NCBI GenBank assembly: GCA_045561495.1
Contig: JBJKXR010000004.1
Coordinates: forward strand, 1 to 59,024
Length of the DNA: 59,024 nt
Direction of reading: 5' to 3'
From: Flavobacteriales bacterium
GTDB lineage: Bacteria; Bacteroidota; Bacteroidia; Flavobacteriales_C; GCA-002722245
How positions within the stretch are numbered: position 1 is the stretch's first letter; each line of letters begins with the position of its first letter. This document shows positions 48,534 through 57,511 of this stretch, in pieces. The position numbers were made by a program, and so were the translations under genes. Below the pieces are notes generated by a model. That model was given only the letters and a program-made list of their open reading frames with translations, did not search any database and was not told where the DNA came from.

Positions 48534-49768
48534 TGTTGTACTACATATTTGAATACTTAAACGATTTAAATTTCCCTGGAGCTGGGGCATTCCAGTACAT
48601 AACAACACGGGCTGCTTTTGCGATTATTTTGTCCTTAATCATATCGATGGTTTTAGGAAAAAGAATAATCAAAATGTTGCACCGTTTGCAAGTTGGTGAA
48701 ACAGTTAGAGATTTGGGTTTGCAAGGTCAAATTGAAAAGGCTGGAACACCAACAATGGGCGGTTTATTAATTCTTGCGGCAATACTTATTCCAACAGTTT
48801 TGTTTGCAAAACTTGATAATATTTACATTATCATGCTTTTAATTTCAACGGTATGGCTTGGATTAATTGGATTCTTGGATGATTATATCAAAGTGTTTAA
48901 AAAGAATAAGGAAGGATTACAGGGTAAGGCCAAAATAATAGGACAAGTAGGCATCGGTATTATTGTTGGTGCAATGTTGTTTTTTAGTGATGATGTAGTT
49001 ATTGAAAAGTCTATTAATTCTGAAGAAACAACTTCAATAGTAAATGGCGTTCCCTCAGATAATGCTACTTCTGAAAAGATTCAAGAAAAGTCTTTAACAA
49101 CCACAATACCCTTTTTCAAGAACAACGAATTAAATTATGGTGATGTTGTTGAATGGATTGGTTTGGATGCTCAAAAATGGGGATGGATTGTATTTATTCC
49201 TGTTGTAATTATCATTATTACAGCAGTTTCAAATGGGGCAAACCTTACTGATGGTATTGATGGTTTAGCAACAGGTACTTCTGCAATAATAGGAGTTGCT
49301 CTAGGGATTTTAGCGTATGTTTCTGGTAATGTCTTCTTTGCAGACTACCTGAATATTATGTACATCCCTGATACTGGAGAACTTGTGATATTTATGGGTT
49401 CTTTTGTTGGAGCATGTATTGGCTTTTTATGGTACAATTCTTACCCTGCTCAAGTCTTTATGGGTGACACAGGTAGTTTAGCACTTGGTGGTATAATCGC
49501 AGCTTTTGCTATTGCAATCAGAAAGGAATTATTGATTCCGATTTTATGTGGGATTTTTTTAGTAGAAAATGTTAGTGTAATTGTTCAGGTAGCTTATTTC
49601 AAATACACGAAAAAGAAATACGGAATTGGAAAGAGGGTTTTCAAAATGGCTCCTTTACACCATCACTATCAAAAATCAGGATATCATGAGGCCAAAATTG
49701 TAGGACGATTTTGGATTGTAGGAATATTGCTTGCAATTTTTGCAATAGCAACGTTAAAATTGAGATAA
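48533..49768 (+). CDS. mraY: Phospho-N-acetylmuramoyl-pentapeptide transferase
   Basis: 411 aa, polytopic. [16 protein letters not shown] and [11 protein letters not shown]. Confidence 0.94.
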   Translation: MLYYIFEYLNDLNFPGAGAFQYITTRAAFAIILSLIISMVLGKRIIKMLHRLQVGETVRDLGLQGQIEKAGTPTMGGLLILAAILIPTVLFAKLDNIYIIMLLISTVWLGLIGFLDDYIKVFKKNKEGLQGKAKIIGQVGIGIIVGAMLFFSDDVVIEKSINSEETTSIVNGVPSDNATSEKIQEKSLTTTIPFFKNNELNYGDVVEWIGLDAQKWGWIVFIPVVIIIITAVSNGANLTDGIDGLATGTSAIIGVALGILAYVSGNVFFADYLNIMYIPDTGELVIFMGSFVGACIGFLWYNSYPAQVFMGDTGSLALGGIIAAFAIAIRKELLIPILCGIFLVENVSVIVQVAYFKYTKKKYGIGKRVFKMAPLHHHYQKSGYHEAKIVGRFWIVGILLAIFAIATLKLR

Positions 49769-49771
49769 AAT

Positions 49772-51112
49772 TTGAAACAAAGACTAGTCATACTTGGTGC
49801 AGGTGAAAGTGGTGTTGGAGCTGCTGTTCTAGGAAAACAAAAACAATATGATGTTTTTGTTTCTGATAAGGGTATGATTAATTCAAAATATAAGGATGTT
49901 CTTTTAGAGGAAGGAGTATCTTTTGAGGAAAAAAAACATACACTGGAGCAAATAATCAATGCTGATATTGTTGTTAAGAGTCCTGGGATACCAGATTCAA
50001 ATCCTTTAGTGAATCAATTGAGAGAAAAAGGTGTTTTAATTGTTTCAGAAATTGAATTTGCAAGTTGGCATACGAACGCCAAATTAATAGGGATAACAGG
50101 AAGTAATGGGAAAACAACAACAACATCTCTTACGCATCATATTCTCAAGCATGCTGGACTAAATGTAGGTCTTGGCGGTAATATTGGAAAAAGTTTCGCC
50201 TATCAAGTAGCAAAATATGATTATGATTTTTATGTACTAGAATTAAGTAGTTTTCAGTTGGATGGAATTGATAAGTTAAAATTAGATGTATCGGTACTAC
50301 TAAACATTACACCCGATCATCTGGATAGATATAACAATAGCTTTGAAGAGTATGTTGATTCAAAATTTCAAATCGTTAGAAACTCTGATGAAAATTCTGT
50401 TTTCATCTATAATAATGATGATACTACTATAGTAAATAAAATTCAACAGATAAACCTAATTAGTCGTTCTTATGCATTCACTTCTGAGAATTTAAATGGA
50501 AAAGGTGCGGGGATAGAAAAAGGAACATTATGTATAGACATCAACAATCCTTTGAGGATATCTGAAGATGCTCTTTGCTTGAAAGGGAAACATAATTCTT
50601 ATAATATTATGGCATCTGCTATGGTAGCCAGTACTTTGAGTATAGAAGAGACCAATATTATAGAAGCAGTAAAAAGTTTCCAACCTATTGAACACAGAAT
50701 GGAGCGAGTAATAAATGTTAATGGAGTCGAATATATTAATGATTCAAAAGCAACCAATGTGGATAGTACCTTTTATGCCTTAGAAAGTATTCAAAATAAA
50801 ATTATTTGGATTGCTGGTGGTGTAGATAAAGGGAATGATTACTCACAACTTATTCCATTGGTGAAATCTAAAGTTCATGGAATGGTTTGTTTGGGAAAAG
50901 ACAATCAAAAATTACACAATGCTTTTGGAGATTTTGTTGATCAAATTGATGATGCAACTAACGCTAATGACGCTGTTAAAAAAGCCTCAGCTATGGCAAA
51001 AGAGGGATATACAGTTTTGCTTTCTCCAGCCTGTGCAAGTTTTGATTTGTTCAAAAATTATGAAGATCGAGGTAAAAAATTTAAACAAGGAATAATTAAA
51101 CTAAACCAATAA
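49772..51112 (+). CDS. murD: UDP-N-acetylmuramoylalanine--D-glutamate ligase (full length, three domains)
   Basis: 446 aa. LGAGESGVGAA, GITGSNGKTTT, NDSKATN and LSPACASFD. TTG start. Confidence 0.93.
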   Translation: MKQRLVILGAGESGVGAAVLGKQKQYDVFVSDKGMINSKYKDVLLEEGVSFEEKKHTLEQIINADIVVKSPGIPDSNPLVNQLREKGVLIVSEIEFASWHTNAKLIGITGSNGKTTTTSLTHHILKHAGLNVGLGGNIGKSFAYQVAKYDYDFYVLELSSFQLDGIDKLKLDVSVLLNITPDHLDRYNNSFEEYVDSKFQIVRNSDENSVFIYNNDDTTIVNKIQQINLISRSYAFTSENLNGKGAGIEKGTLCIDINNPLRISEDALCLKGKHNSYNIMASAMVASTLSIEETNIIEAVKSFQPIEHRMERVINVNGVEYINDSKATNVDSTFYALESIQNKIIWIAGGVDKGNDYSQLIPLVKSKVHGMVCLGKDNQKLHNAFGDFVDQIDDATNANDAVKKASAMAKEGYTVLLSPACASFDLFKNYEDRGKKFKQGIIKLNQ

Positions 51113-51125
51113 ATTTATTTAAATC

Positions 51126-51674
51126 ATGACAAAGGGAAATTTTGAATTTCAGAGTAAATTAAGCATTGGTGATACAATGGCTGAAAACTTAAAGGAAAAT
51201 GTTGAAAACTTAAGAAAAGATAGCTTAAGGGAGAAGTTTAGCGACTTTGAAAATGTTGAACACCGTTTAGAGTTTGTGGCAAATGTCCACGGTATTGAGT
51301 ATATAAATGACTCAAAAGCAACGAACGTAAATTCAACTTGGTATGCACTGGAAAGAATGAAAAGAGAAACAATTTGGATTGTTGGAGGCGTTGATAAAAC
51401 AATCGATTACTCATCACTTCAAGCTTTATCTAAAGAAAAAGTGAGAGCGATTGTGTATATTGGTACCAACAAATCTAAAATCTTTGAAAACTTTTTGGAT
51501 AAAGTTGATATGATTGTAGATGCAGGTTCGATGGAAGAGGCCGTTCAAATGGCATATTATATTGCAGATAAAGGAGAGACTGTTTTGCTTTCCCCTGCGT
51601 CAGCAAGCTTTAATATGTTTGAGAATTTAGAAGAAAGGGGTAATGCTTTCAAACAAGCTGTTAGAAGCTTATAA
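51126..51674 (+). CDS. Stand-alone Mur-ligase C-terminal-domain protein, paralog of MurD domain 3
   Basis: 182-aa ORF 13 nt after murD. Residues from VEHRLEFV to the end align without gaps to MurD IEHRMERV...KL, with about 75 of 139 identical by hand count. NDSKATN and LLSPASASF are retained. The N-terminal and ATP-binding domains are absent. Confidence 0.75.
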   Translation: MTKGNFEFQSKLSIGDTMAENLKENVENLRKDSLREKFSDFENVEHRLEFVANVHGIEYINDSKATNVNSTWYALERMKRETIWIVGGVDKTIDYSSLQALSKEKVRAIVYIGTNKSKIFENFLDKVDMIVDAGSMEEAVQMAYYIADKGETVLLSPASASFNMFENLEERGNAFKQAVRSL

Positions 51675-51687
51675 AATAATTGCTATT

Positions 51688-51819
51688 ATGGATGAAGTAA
51701 AACCTGATAAAAGTCGAGAGGTGAAGCTCCTTGTTACCATTGTTGCTTCTAGCGTGCTGTTGTTCTTGATTTTTAGTATAGTTTGGGTTATCAAAAGGGT
51801 CAAGGAAGGAGTGTCCTAA
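51688..51819 (+). CDS. Candidate 43-aa single-pass membrane micro-protein
   Basis: ATG ORF not in the track: MDEVKPDKSREVKLLVTIVASSVLLFLIFSIVWVIKRVKEGVS. One hydrophobic helix flanked by charges. It fills the gap exactly, starting 13 nt after the upstream stop and ending 4 nt before the ftsW ATG. Confidence 0.35.
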   Translation: MDEVKPDKSREVKLLVTIVASSVLLFLIFSIVWVIKRVKEGVS

Positions 51820-51823
51820 AGTA

Positions 51824-52975
51824 ATGCAGGAGATTTATAATAAGATATATGGCGATAAAGTCATTTGGGGCGTAATTATATCTCTTGCTCTATTATCTAT
51901 TCCGATTGTATATGTCGGTACGGAACAACTAGCTTTATTACGAGGAGGAAACTTTTTTTATTTCGTTTTAAAACACGCAGTAATATTATTAAGCGCCTTT
52001 GTCATTGCTTACCAAGTTTCTAAAATTAAGCACGGTTACCTTTCTCGTCTCTCCCTAGTTTTAATGATTATTACCATTCCATTACTGATCTATACCATGA
52101 TAGCAGGTCATAATGTAGACGATGCATCAAGGTGGATTAAAATTCCCGTTGTTGGTTTAAGTTTTCAAACATCTGATTTCGCAAAAATTTCTTTAACTAT
52201 TTATTTAGCACGAGTTCTTAGTAGAAAACAAGGAGAGCTTAATGACTTTAAAATAGTGTTGAAATATTTATTTATTCCCATTGTTTTTATTTGTGCACTA
52301 ATTGTAAAAAGTGATTTTTCTACAGCAGCTCTGATACTGGGAGGTTGTTTTATTATGTTATTTTTTGGTGGAGTTAAGGTGACTCATTTTGGAATTATTT
52401 TATTGGTTTTAATTGTATGTTTCACGGTAATTTTAATTACTGTTCCTGAGGTACTTCAAAGATTGCTTACATGGGTGAATAGGTTAAAAGCCTACAGCGA
52501 TCCACTTCATCCTGGAAATTATCAAAAGAATTTAGCAGAGGCTTCGATATACGATGGAGGAGCTTTGGGATTGTGGTTTGATATTTTTCCAGGTAAATAT
52601 GGTCAGCCTCCTCAAGCAGCTTCCGATTTTATTTATGCTACCATTTTAAGGAATTATGGGATTATTGGAGGAATATTTACCATTTTAATGTACCTCGTAT
52701 TGTTTTTTAGAAGCATAAAAATTGCTCGAAAATGCAATAAGCTTTTTTCTGTACTCTTAGTTATTGGCTTGTCATCAGGTTTAGTTTTACAAGCCTTTAG
52801 CAATATGGCAGTTGCCGTTGGAGTTTTTCCGGTAACAGGGCAGCCTTTGCCCATGATGAGTATGGGGGGGACATCTCTATGGTTTACTGCCATATCCATC
52901 GGTATAATTCTTAGTGTTAGTAGAGAAATAAGTAGTAACGAAAACGATGACGAAATCGCCCAAGGTAATAGTTAG
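51824..52975 (+). CDS. ftsW: SEDS-family peptidoglycan polymerase FtsW
   Basis: 383 aa, polytopic. PQAASDFIYA and TGQPLPMMSMGGTS motifs. Confidence 0.92.
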   Translation: MQEIYNKIYGDKVIWGVIISLALLSIPIVYVGTEQLALLRGGNFFYFVLKHAVILLSAFVIAYQVSKIKHGYLSRLSLVLMIITIPLLIYTMIAGHNVDDASRWIKIPVVGLSFQTSDFAKISLTIYLARVLSRKQGELNDFKIVLKYLFIPIVFICALIVKSDFSTAALILGGCFIMLFFGGVKVTHFGIILLVLIVCFTVILITVPEVLQRLLTWVNRLKAYSDPLHPGNYQKNLAEASIYDGGALGLWFDIFPGKYGQPPQAASDFIYATILRNYGIIGGIFTILMYLVLFFRSIKIARKCNKLFSVLLVIGLSSGLVLQAFSNMAVAVGVFPVTGQPLPMMSMGGTSLWFTAISIGIILSVSREISSNENDDEIAQGNS

Positions 52976-54056
52976 CGGAGGTGGTACAGGAGGGCACATC
53001 TTTCCAGCAGTTGCCATTGCTAATGCTATTAAATTAGAATATCCTGATGCAAATATTCTTTTTGTTGGTGCAAAAGGAAGAATGGAAATGGAAAAAGTCC
53101 CTAAAGCGGGATTTCCAATAGAAGGCCTATGGATTAGCGGTATTCAAAGAAAGTTAACACTTTCTAATTTATCATTTCCCCTTAAGCTTATTGCTAGTTT
53201 ATGGAAAGCAAGAAAAATTATTAAACGATTTAATCCAGATATATGCATAGGTGTTGGAGGTTTTGCTAGTGGACCCTTGTTAAAAGCAGCAACATGGGCG
53301 AAAGTTCCAACGTTAATTCATGAATCCAACTCTTATCCTGGAATTACAAATAAATTATTAGGAAAAACTGTAAATACAGTTTGTGTTGCATTTAAAGGAA
53401 TGGAAAAATTCTTCCCCAAAACTAACAACCTAGTAATTACAGGAAATCCAGTTCGTCAAGAAATTTTGAACTTAGAGGGAAAAAGACAATTAGCCCTTGA
53501 GAAGTTTGGTTTGGTTGGTGATAAACCAATTGTTTTATCAATTGGAGGAAGTCAAGGAGCAAGAAGCATTAACCATGCATTGGATGCTGATTTGGAAAAA
53601 TTTGTTGGTAAGGGGTATCAATTGTTGTGGCAAACAGGTAAGTTTTACACAAAAGAATCTCAATCTAGGGTTCAAGAAATAGGAAGTAGTTTACTTCATG
53701 CATATGAATTTATCTACACTATGGATTTAGCATATGCAGTTGCAGATGTTGTTGTTTCAAGATCAGGTGCGATGTCGGTTACAGAATTGAGTTTAGTTGG
53801 AAAACCTTGTGTGTTGGTTCCCTTTCCTTTTGCTGCTGAAGATCATCAAACGGCGAATGCAATGGCGTTGGTGAATAATAATGCTGGCGTTTTAGTCAAA
53901 GACGAAGAGGTAAAAGAAAAGCTCTTTGGAGCGGTAGATAATTTGCTTTCGGATGAAGCTAAAAGAGAAACTTTAAAACGAAATATCGAGAGACTAAAAA
54001 TTGAAAATGCTGCTGATTTGATTATGGTTGAAGTTGATAAACTATTGAAAGATTGA
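52947..54056 (+). CDS. murG: UDP-N-acetylglucosamine--N-acetylmuramyl-(pentapeptide) pyrophosphoryl-undecaprenol GlcNAc transferase
   Basis: 369 aa. SGGGTGGHIFPA and GGSQGARSIN. It overlaps the ftsW end by 29 nt. Confidence 0.93.
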   Translation: MTKSPKVIVSGGGTGGHIFPAVAIANAIKLEYPDANILFVGAKGRMEMEKVPKAGFPIEGLWISGIQRKLTLSNLSFPLKLIASLWKARKIIKRFNPDICIGVGGFASGPLLKAATWAKVPTLIHESNSYPGITNKLLGKTVNTVCVAFKGMEKFFPKTNNLVITGNPVRQEILNLEGKRQLALEKFGLVGDKPIVLSIGGSQGARSINHALDADLEKFVGKGYQLLWQTGKFYTKESQSRVQEIGSSLLHAYEFIYTMDLAYAVADVVVSRSGAMSVTELSLVGKPCVLVPFPFAAEDHQTANAMALVNNNAGVLVKDEEVKEKLFGAVDNLLSDEAKRETLKRNIERLKIENAADLIMVEVDKLLKD

Positions 54057-55417
54057 CCAAAAAGAGAAATATATATTTTATAGGTATTGGAGGTATAGGC
54101 ATGAGTGCTCTTGCTCGTTATTTTTTGGCTTTAGGTTATCGTGTAGCCGGGTATGACAAAACAGAAACCACATTAACAAAAAAATTGGTTGAGGAAGGAG
54201 TTAAGATTCATTATGAGGACGATTTGTCACTTATAGATAAAGCATTTAAGTCACATGCACATACATTAGTCATAATAACACCTGCGATACCCGAAAATCA
54301 TTCGGAGTGGAATTTTTTTAAAGAAGAAGGGTTTGAAATTCTTAAAAGGGCACAAGTTTTAGGTCGAATTACAGAAACAAACAAAAGCATTGGTGTTGCC
54401 GGAACACATGGAAAAACAACGATTTCAAGTATGATATCGTATATTTTCAAATATTGTAAAGTTCCTTTTACAGCTTTTTTAGGAGGGATTTCAAAGGATT
54501 TGGGAAGTAATTATTATTATGATACCAAGAGTGAAATCACTGTAATTGAAGCAGATGAGTACGATCGATCATTTTTAGAATTAAAACCAACTATAGCCAC
54601 TGTTTCAGCAATTGATCCTGATCATTTAGACATTTACGGAACACAGGAAGAAATGCAAAAAACATTCAAACAATATTTGGATAAAAACATTCAAAAAAAT
54701 GGAATTGGGATTATTCATAATTCTTTAACTAAAATTTTAGGCAATCATCATAAAACGTATTCACTTGAAGATGTTTCAGCAGATTATCACGCACTCAATT
54801 TTCGAGTTGAAAATGCCGAATTCTTAGCAGATTTTAAGTGGTTAGGAGGTGAAATTAAAGATGTTAAAATTGGTTTGCCTGGAATACACAACATGGAAAA
54901 TGCTTTATTAGCATTTGCAGTAGCAATAGAAAATGGAATAAATCCAAAATTAATTAAAGAAGCTTTAGGAAATTATAGTGGCGTTGAAAGGAGGTTTGAT
55001 GTTCATATAAAATCTAATGATTTAATATATATAGACGATTATGCACATCATCCTGAAGAGATAAAAAAACTGGTGAATTCGGTACGTAAAATGTATCCTA
55101 AAAAAGATATATTGGGGATTTTTCAACCACATTTGTTTTCGCGCACCTTAGATTTTGCAGATGGTTTTGCGAGGAGTTTGGAATTGCTTGATGAGTTATT
55201 GCTTTTAGAGATATATCCAGCTCGTGAATTACCGATTCCAGGCGTCGATTCTAGAATGCTTTTTGACCAAATTAATATGAATTCAAAAACGCTTTGTTCA
55301 AAAAAAGAACTCACTTCCTATGTTAGTGCATCTAAATGTAACGTAGTTTTAACTATAGGTGCTGGAGATATAGGTGCAGAAGTTGAGAATTTAAAAAAGT
55401 TCTTATTAAAACACTAA
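54053..55417 (+). CDS. murC: UDP-N-acetylmuramate--L-alanine ligase
   Basis: 454 aa. IYFIGIGGIGMSALA and GVAGTHGKTT. The start must be TTG 54053, because the first ATG lies inside the conserved GIGGIGMS motif. Confidence 0.92.
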   Translation: MTKKRNIYFIGIGGIGMSALARYFLALGYRVAGYDKTETTLTKKLVEEGVKIHYEDDLSLIDKAFKSHAHTLVIITPAIPENHSEWNFFKEEGFEILKRAQVLGRITETNKSIGVAGTHGKTTISSMISYIFKYCKVPFTAFLGGISKDLGSNYYYDTKSEITVIEADEYDRSFLELKPTIATVSAIDPDHLDIYGTQEEMQKTFKQYLDKNIQKNGIGIIHNSLTKILGNHHKTYSLEDVSADYHALNFRVENAEFLADFKWLGGEIKDVKIGLPGIHNMENALLAFAVAIENGINPKLIKEALGNYSGVERRFDVHIKSNDLIYIDDYAHHPEEIKKLVNSVRKMYPKKDILGIFQPHLFSRTLDFADGFARSLELLDELLLLEIYPARELPIPGVDSRMLFDQINMNSKTLCSKKELTSYVSASKCNVVLTIGAGDIGAEVENLKKFLLKH

Positions 55418-55433
55418 CAAATAATGCGTTCCA

Positions 55434-56210
55434 ATGAACAACCGTATCAGAAATATAATGGGTTTTTTACTTTTAGCAGCCTTTTTTGTTTTGGTATTGG
55501 TTACAAAAAATGAACAAGGTAAAAAGTTAGTAAAGAACGTTCAGGTTTCTATTGATGCTACAAAAGGAGATCCTTTTATGGACGATGGTGATGTGATTAA
55601 TTTAGTGTATTCAAGACATGACACCTTATTGAAAAAACCTTTAAGTAGTTTGTATTTAAGTGATGTTGAAAATTTATTAATAAATCAACCTTCCGTTAAA
55701 AATGCAGAAGTATATTTTGAACATAATGGGAATTTAAATTTAGAAGTTGAGCTTAGGAAGGTCATCGCTCGAATAAAACCAGATTCTTTACCTGGGTTTT
55801 ATATAGACGATGAAGGCATGACAATGATTTGGTTAGCAAAATATTCACCAAGAGTATTGACAGTAACGGGTTATTTAAACCAGTATAATCGATACCTAAA
55901 GGATACAATGATTGAAAACGATTTGTCGACGCATTCTAAATTGATAAAAGATGTTTATGCATTTGCTAAATATGTGAACAATAGCGCTTTTTGGAAAGCA
56001 CAAATTGGGCAAGTTTATATTGATGAAAATGGAGATGCAATTCTTATTCCTTTAATTGGAAACGAGGAATTTGTTTTCGGTGAATTAAAAGATTACGAAT
56101 ATAAATTTGAAAAAATTAAAAGGTATTATGAGGAAATTGCTCCAAAATTAGGTTGGAATAAGTACAAAAAAGTTAACGTGAAGTTCGATAGGCAAATTGT
56201 TTGCAAATAA
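55434..56210 (+). CDS. ftsQ: Cell division protein FtsQ (POTRA-containing)
   Basis: 258 aa with an N-terminal TM. It sits between murC and ftsA. Confidence 0.8.
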   Translation: MNNRIRNIMGFLLLAAFFVLVLVTKNEQGKKLVKNVQVSIDATKGDPFMDDGDVINLVYSRHDTLLKKPLSSLYLSDVENLLINQPSVKNAEVYFEHNGNLNLEVELRKVIARIKPDSLPGFYIDDEGMTMIWLAKYSPRVLTVTGYLNQYNRYLKDTMIENDLSTHSKLIKDVYAFAKYVNNSAFWKAQIGQVYIDENGDAILIPLIGNEEFVFGELKDYEYKFEKIKRYYEEIAPKLGWNKYKKVNVKFDRQIVCK

Positions 56211-56220
56211 AAAAAGTAGA

Positions 56221-57483
56221 ATGAGTAATTCAAAAGAAAAAGATATAGTTGTTGGGTTAGATATAGGAACTACCAAAATTGTTTGTATGGTAGGGAGTAA
56301 AAATGAATTTGGGAAAATCGAAATTCTTGGAATGGGTAAATCTGAATCTGTAGGAGTTACTCGTGGAGTTGTTTCAAATATCGATAAGACGGTTGATAGC
56401 ATTAAAACTGCAGTTGCTGAGGCAGAAGCACAATCAGGAGTTAATATTCGCATTGTAAATGTAGGTATTGCTGGTCAACATATTAAGAGTTTACAACATA
56501 GGGGGGAAAAGATTCGTCATGACGGTGAGGATGAAATTACTCAAGTTGATATTGATGGTTTAATTGATGACATGTATAAGCTGGTAACGCTTCCAGGTGA
56601 GGAAATAATTCATGTGCTTCCTCAAGAATATATTGTTGATAATGAACAAGGAATTAAGGACCCCATAGGAATGGCTGGAACGCGTTTGGAGGCCAATTTC
56701 CATATTATTACTGGTCAAGTAACTGCTGCAAAAAACATTCATAAATGCGTTGAAAAAGCGGGTCTTCAAGTTGCTGAATTAATTTTAGAACCTTTAGCTT
56801 CATCTGAGGCTGTTTTAAGCAATGAAGAAAAAGAAGCAGGTATTGCGTTGGTGGATATTGGAGGTGGAACAACAGATATTGCTATTTTTCAAGATCAAAT
56901 TATTCGCCATACTGCAGTTATTCCGTTTGGAGGAAATATCGTTACAGAAGACATTAAAGAGGGTTGTACTATTATTAAATCTCAAGCTGAACTTTTAAAA
57001 GTCAAATTTGGATCCGCCTTGGCTAATGAAAATCAAGAAAATGAGATAGTTAGTATCCCTGGTTTAAGAGGGAGGTCTCCAAAGGAAATTTCCGTTAAAA
57101 ATTTAGCTCATATTATTCAAGCCAGATTGGAAGAAATTGTTGAAAATGTATATTTCGAAATAAAGAATTCCGGTTTTGAAAAGAAATTAATTGGAGGCAT
57201 CGTAATTACTGGAGGTGGTTCCCAGCTTAAGCACATTTGTCAACTTGTTGAATACATGACCGGTATGGATACGAGAATTGGATACCCAAATGAACACTTA
57301 GCAAGCGGTAATTCGGATGAAATTACGAGTCCAGTATTTGCAACTGGGGTAGGTTTAGTAATAAAAGGATTAGAAAAAAGAAAAACAAAAGCAGTAACAG
57401 ATCATTCAACAAAACATAAAGGAAAGTTCTTTGATGTTATATTAAGGCCCGTTCGTGAGTTTTTTGAAGACGATTCTGAGTAA
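56221..57483 (+). CDS. ftsA: Cell division protein FtsA
   Basis: ATG 56221 gives MSNSKEKDIVVGLDIGTTKIVCMVG. Actin-like fold motifs VDIGGGTTDIAIF and ITGGGSQL. Confidence 0.93.
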   Translation: MSNSKEKDIVVGLDIGTTKIVCMVGSKNEFGKIEILGMGKSESVGVTRGVVSNIDKTVDSIKTAVAEAEAQSGVNIRIVNVGIAGQHIKSLQHRGEKIRHDGEDEITQVDIDGLIDDMYKLVTLPGEEIIHVLPQEYIVDNEQGIKDPIGMAGTRLEANFHIITGQVTAAKNIHKCVEKAGLQVAELILEPLASSEAVLSNEEKEAGIALVDIGGGTTDIAIFQDQIIRHTAVIPFGGNIVTEDIKEGCTIIKSQAELLKVKFGSALANENQENEIVSIPGLRGRSPKEISVKNLAHIIQARLEEIVENVYFEIKNSGFEKKLIGGIVITGGGSQLKHICQLVEYMTGMDTRIGYPNEHLASGNSDEITSPVFATGVGLVIKGLEKRKTKAVTDHSTKHKGKFFDVILRPVREFFEDDSE

Positions 57484-57511
57484 ACAAAATAGATTAAAAC
57501 AAACCAATGTT

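Noticed and set aside
47070-55434. Absence of murF between murE and mraY, and of ddl between murC and ftsQ
   Set aside because: To my knowledge this gene order is the normal Bacteroidota dcw arrangement, so it is not a deletion.
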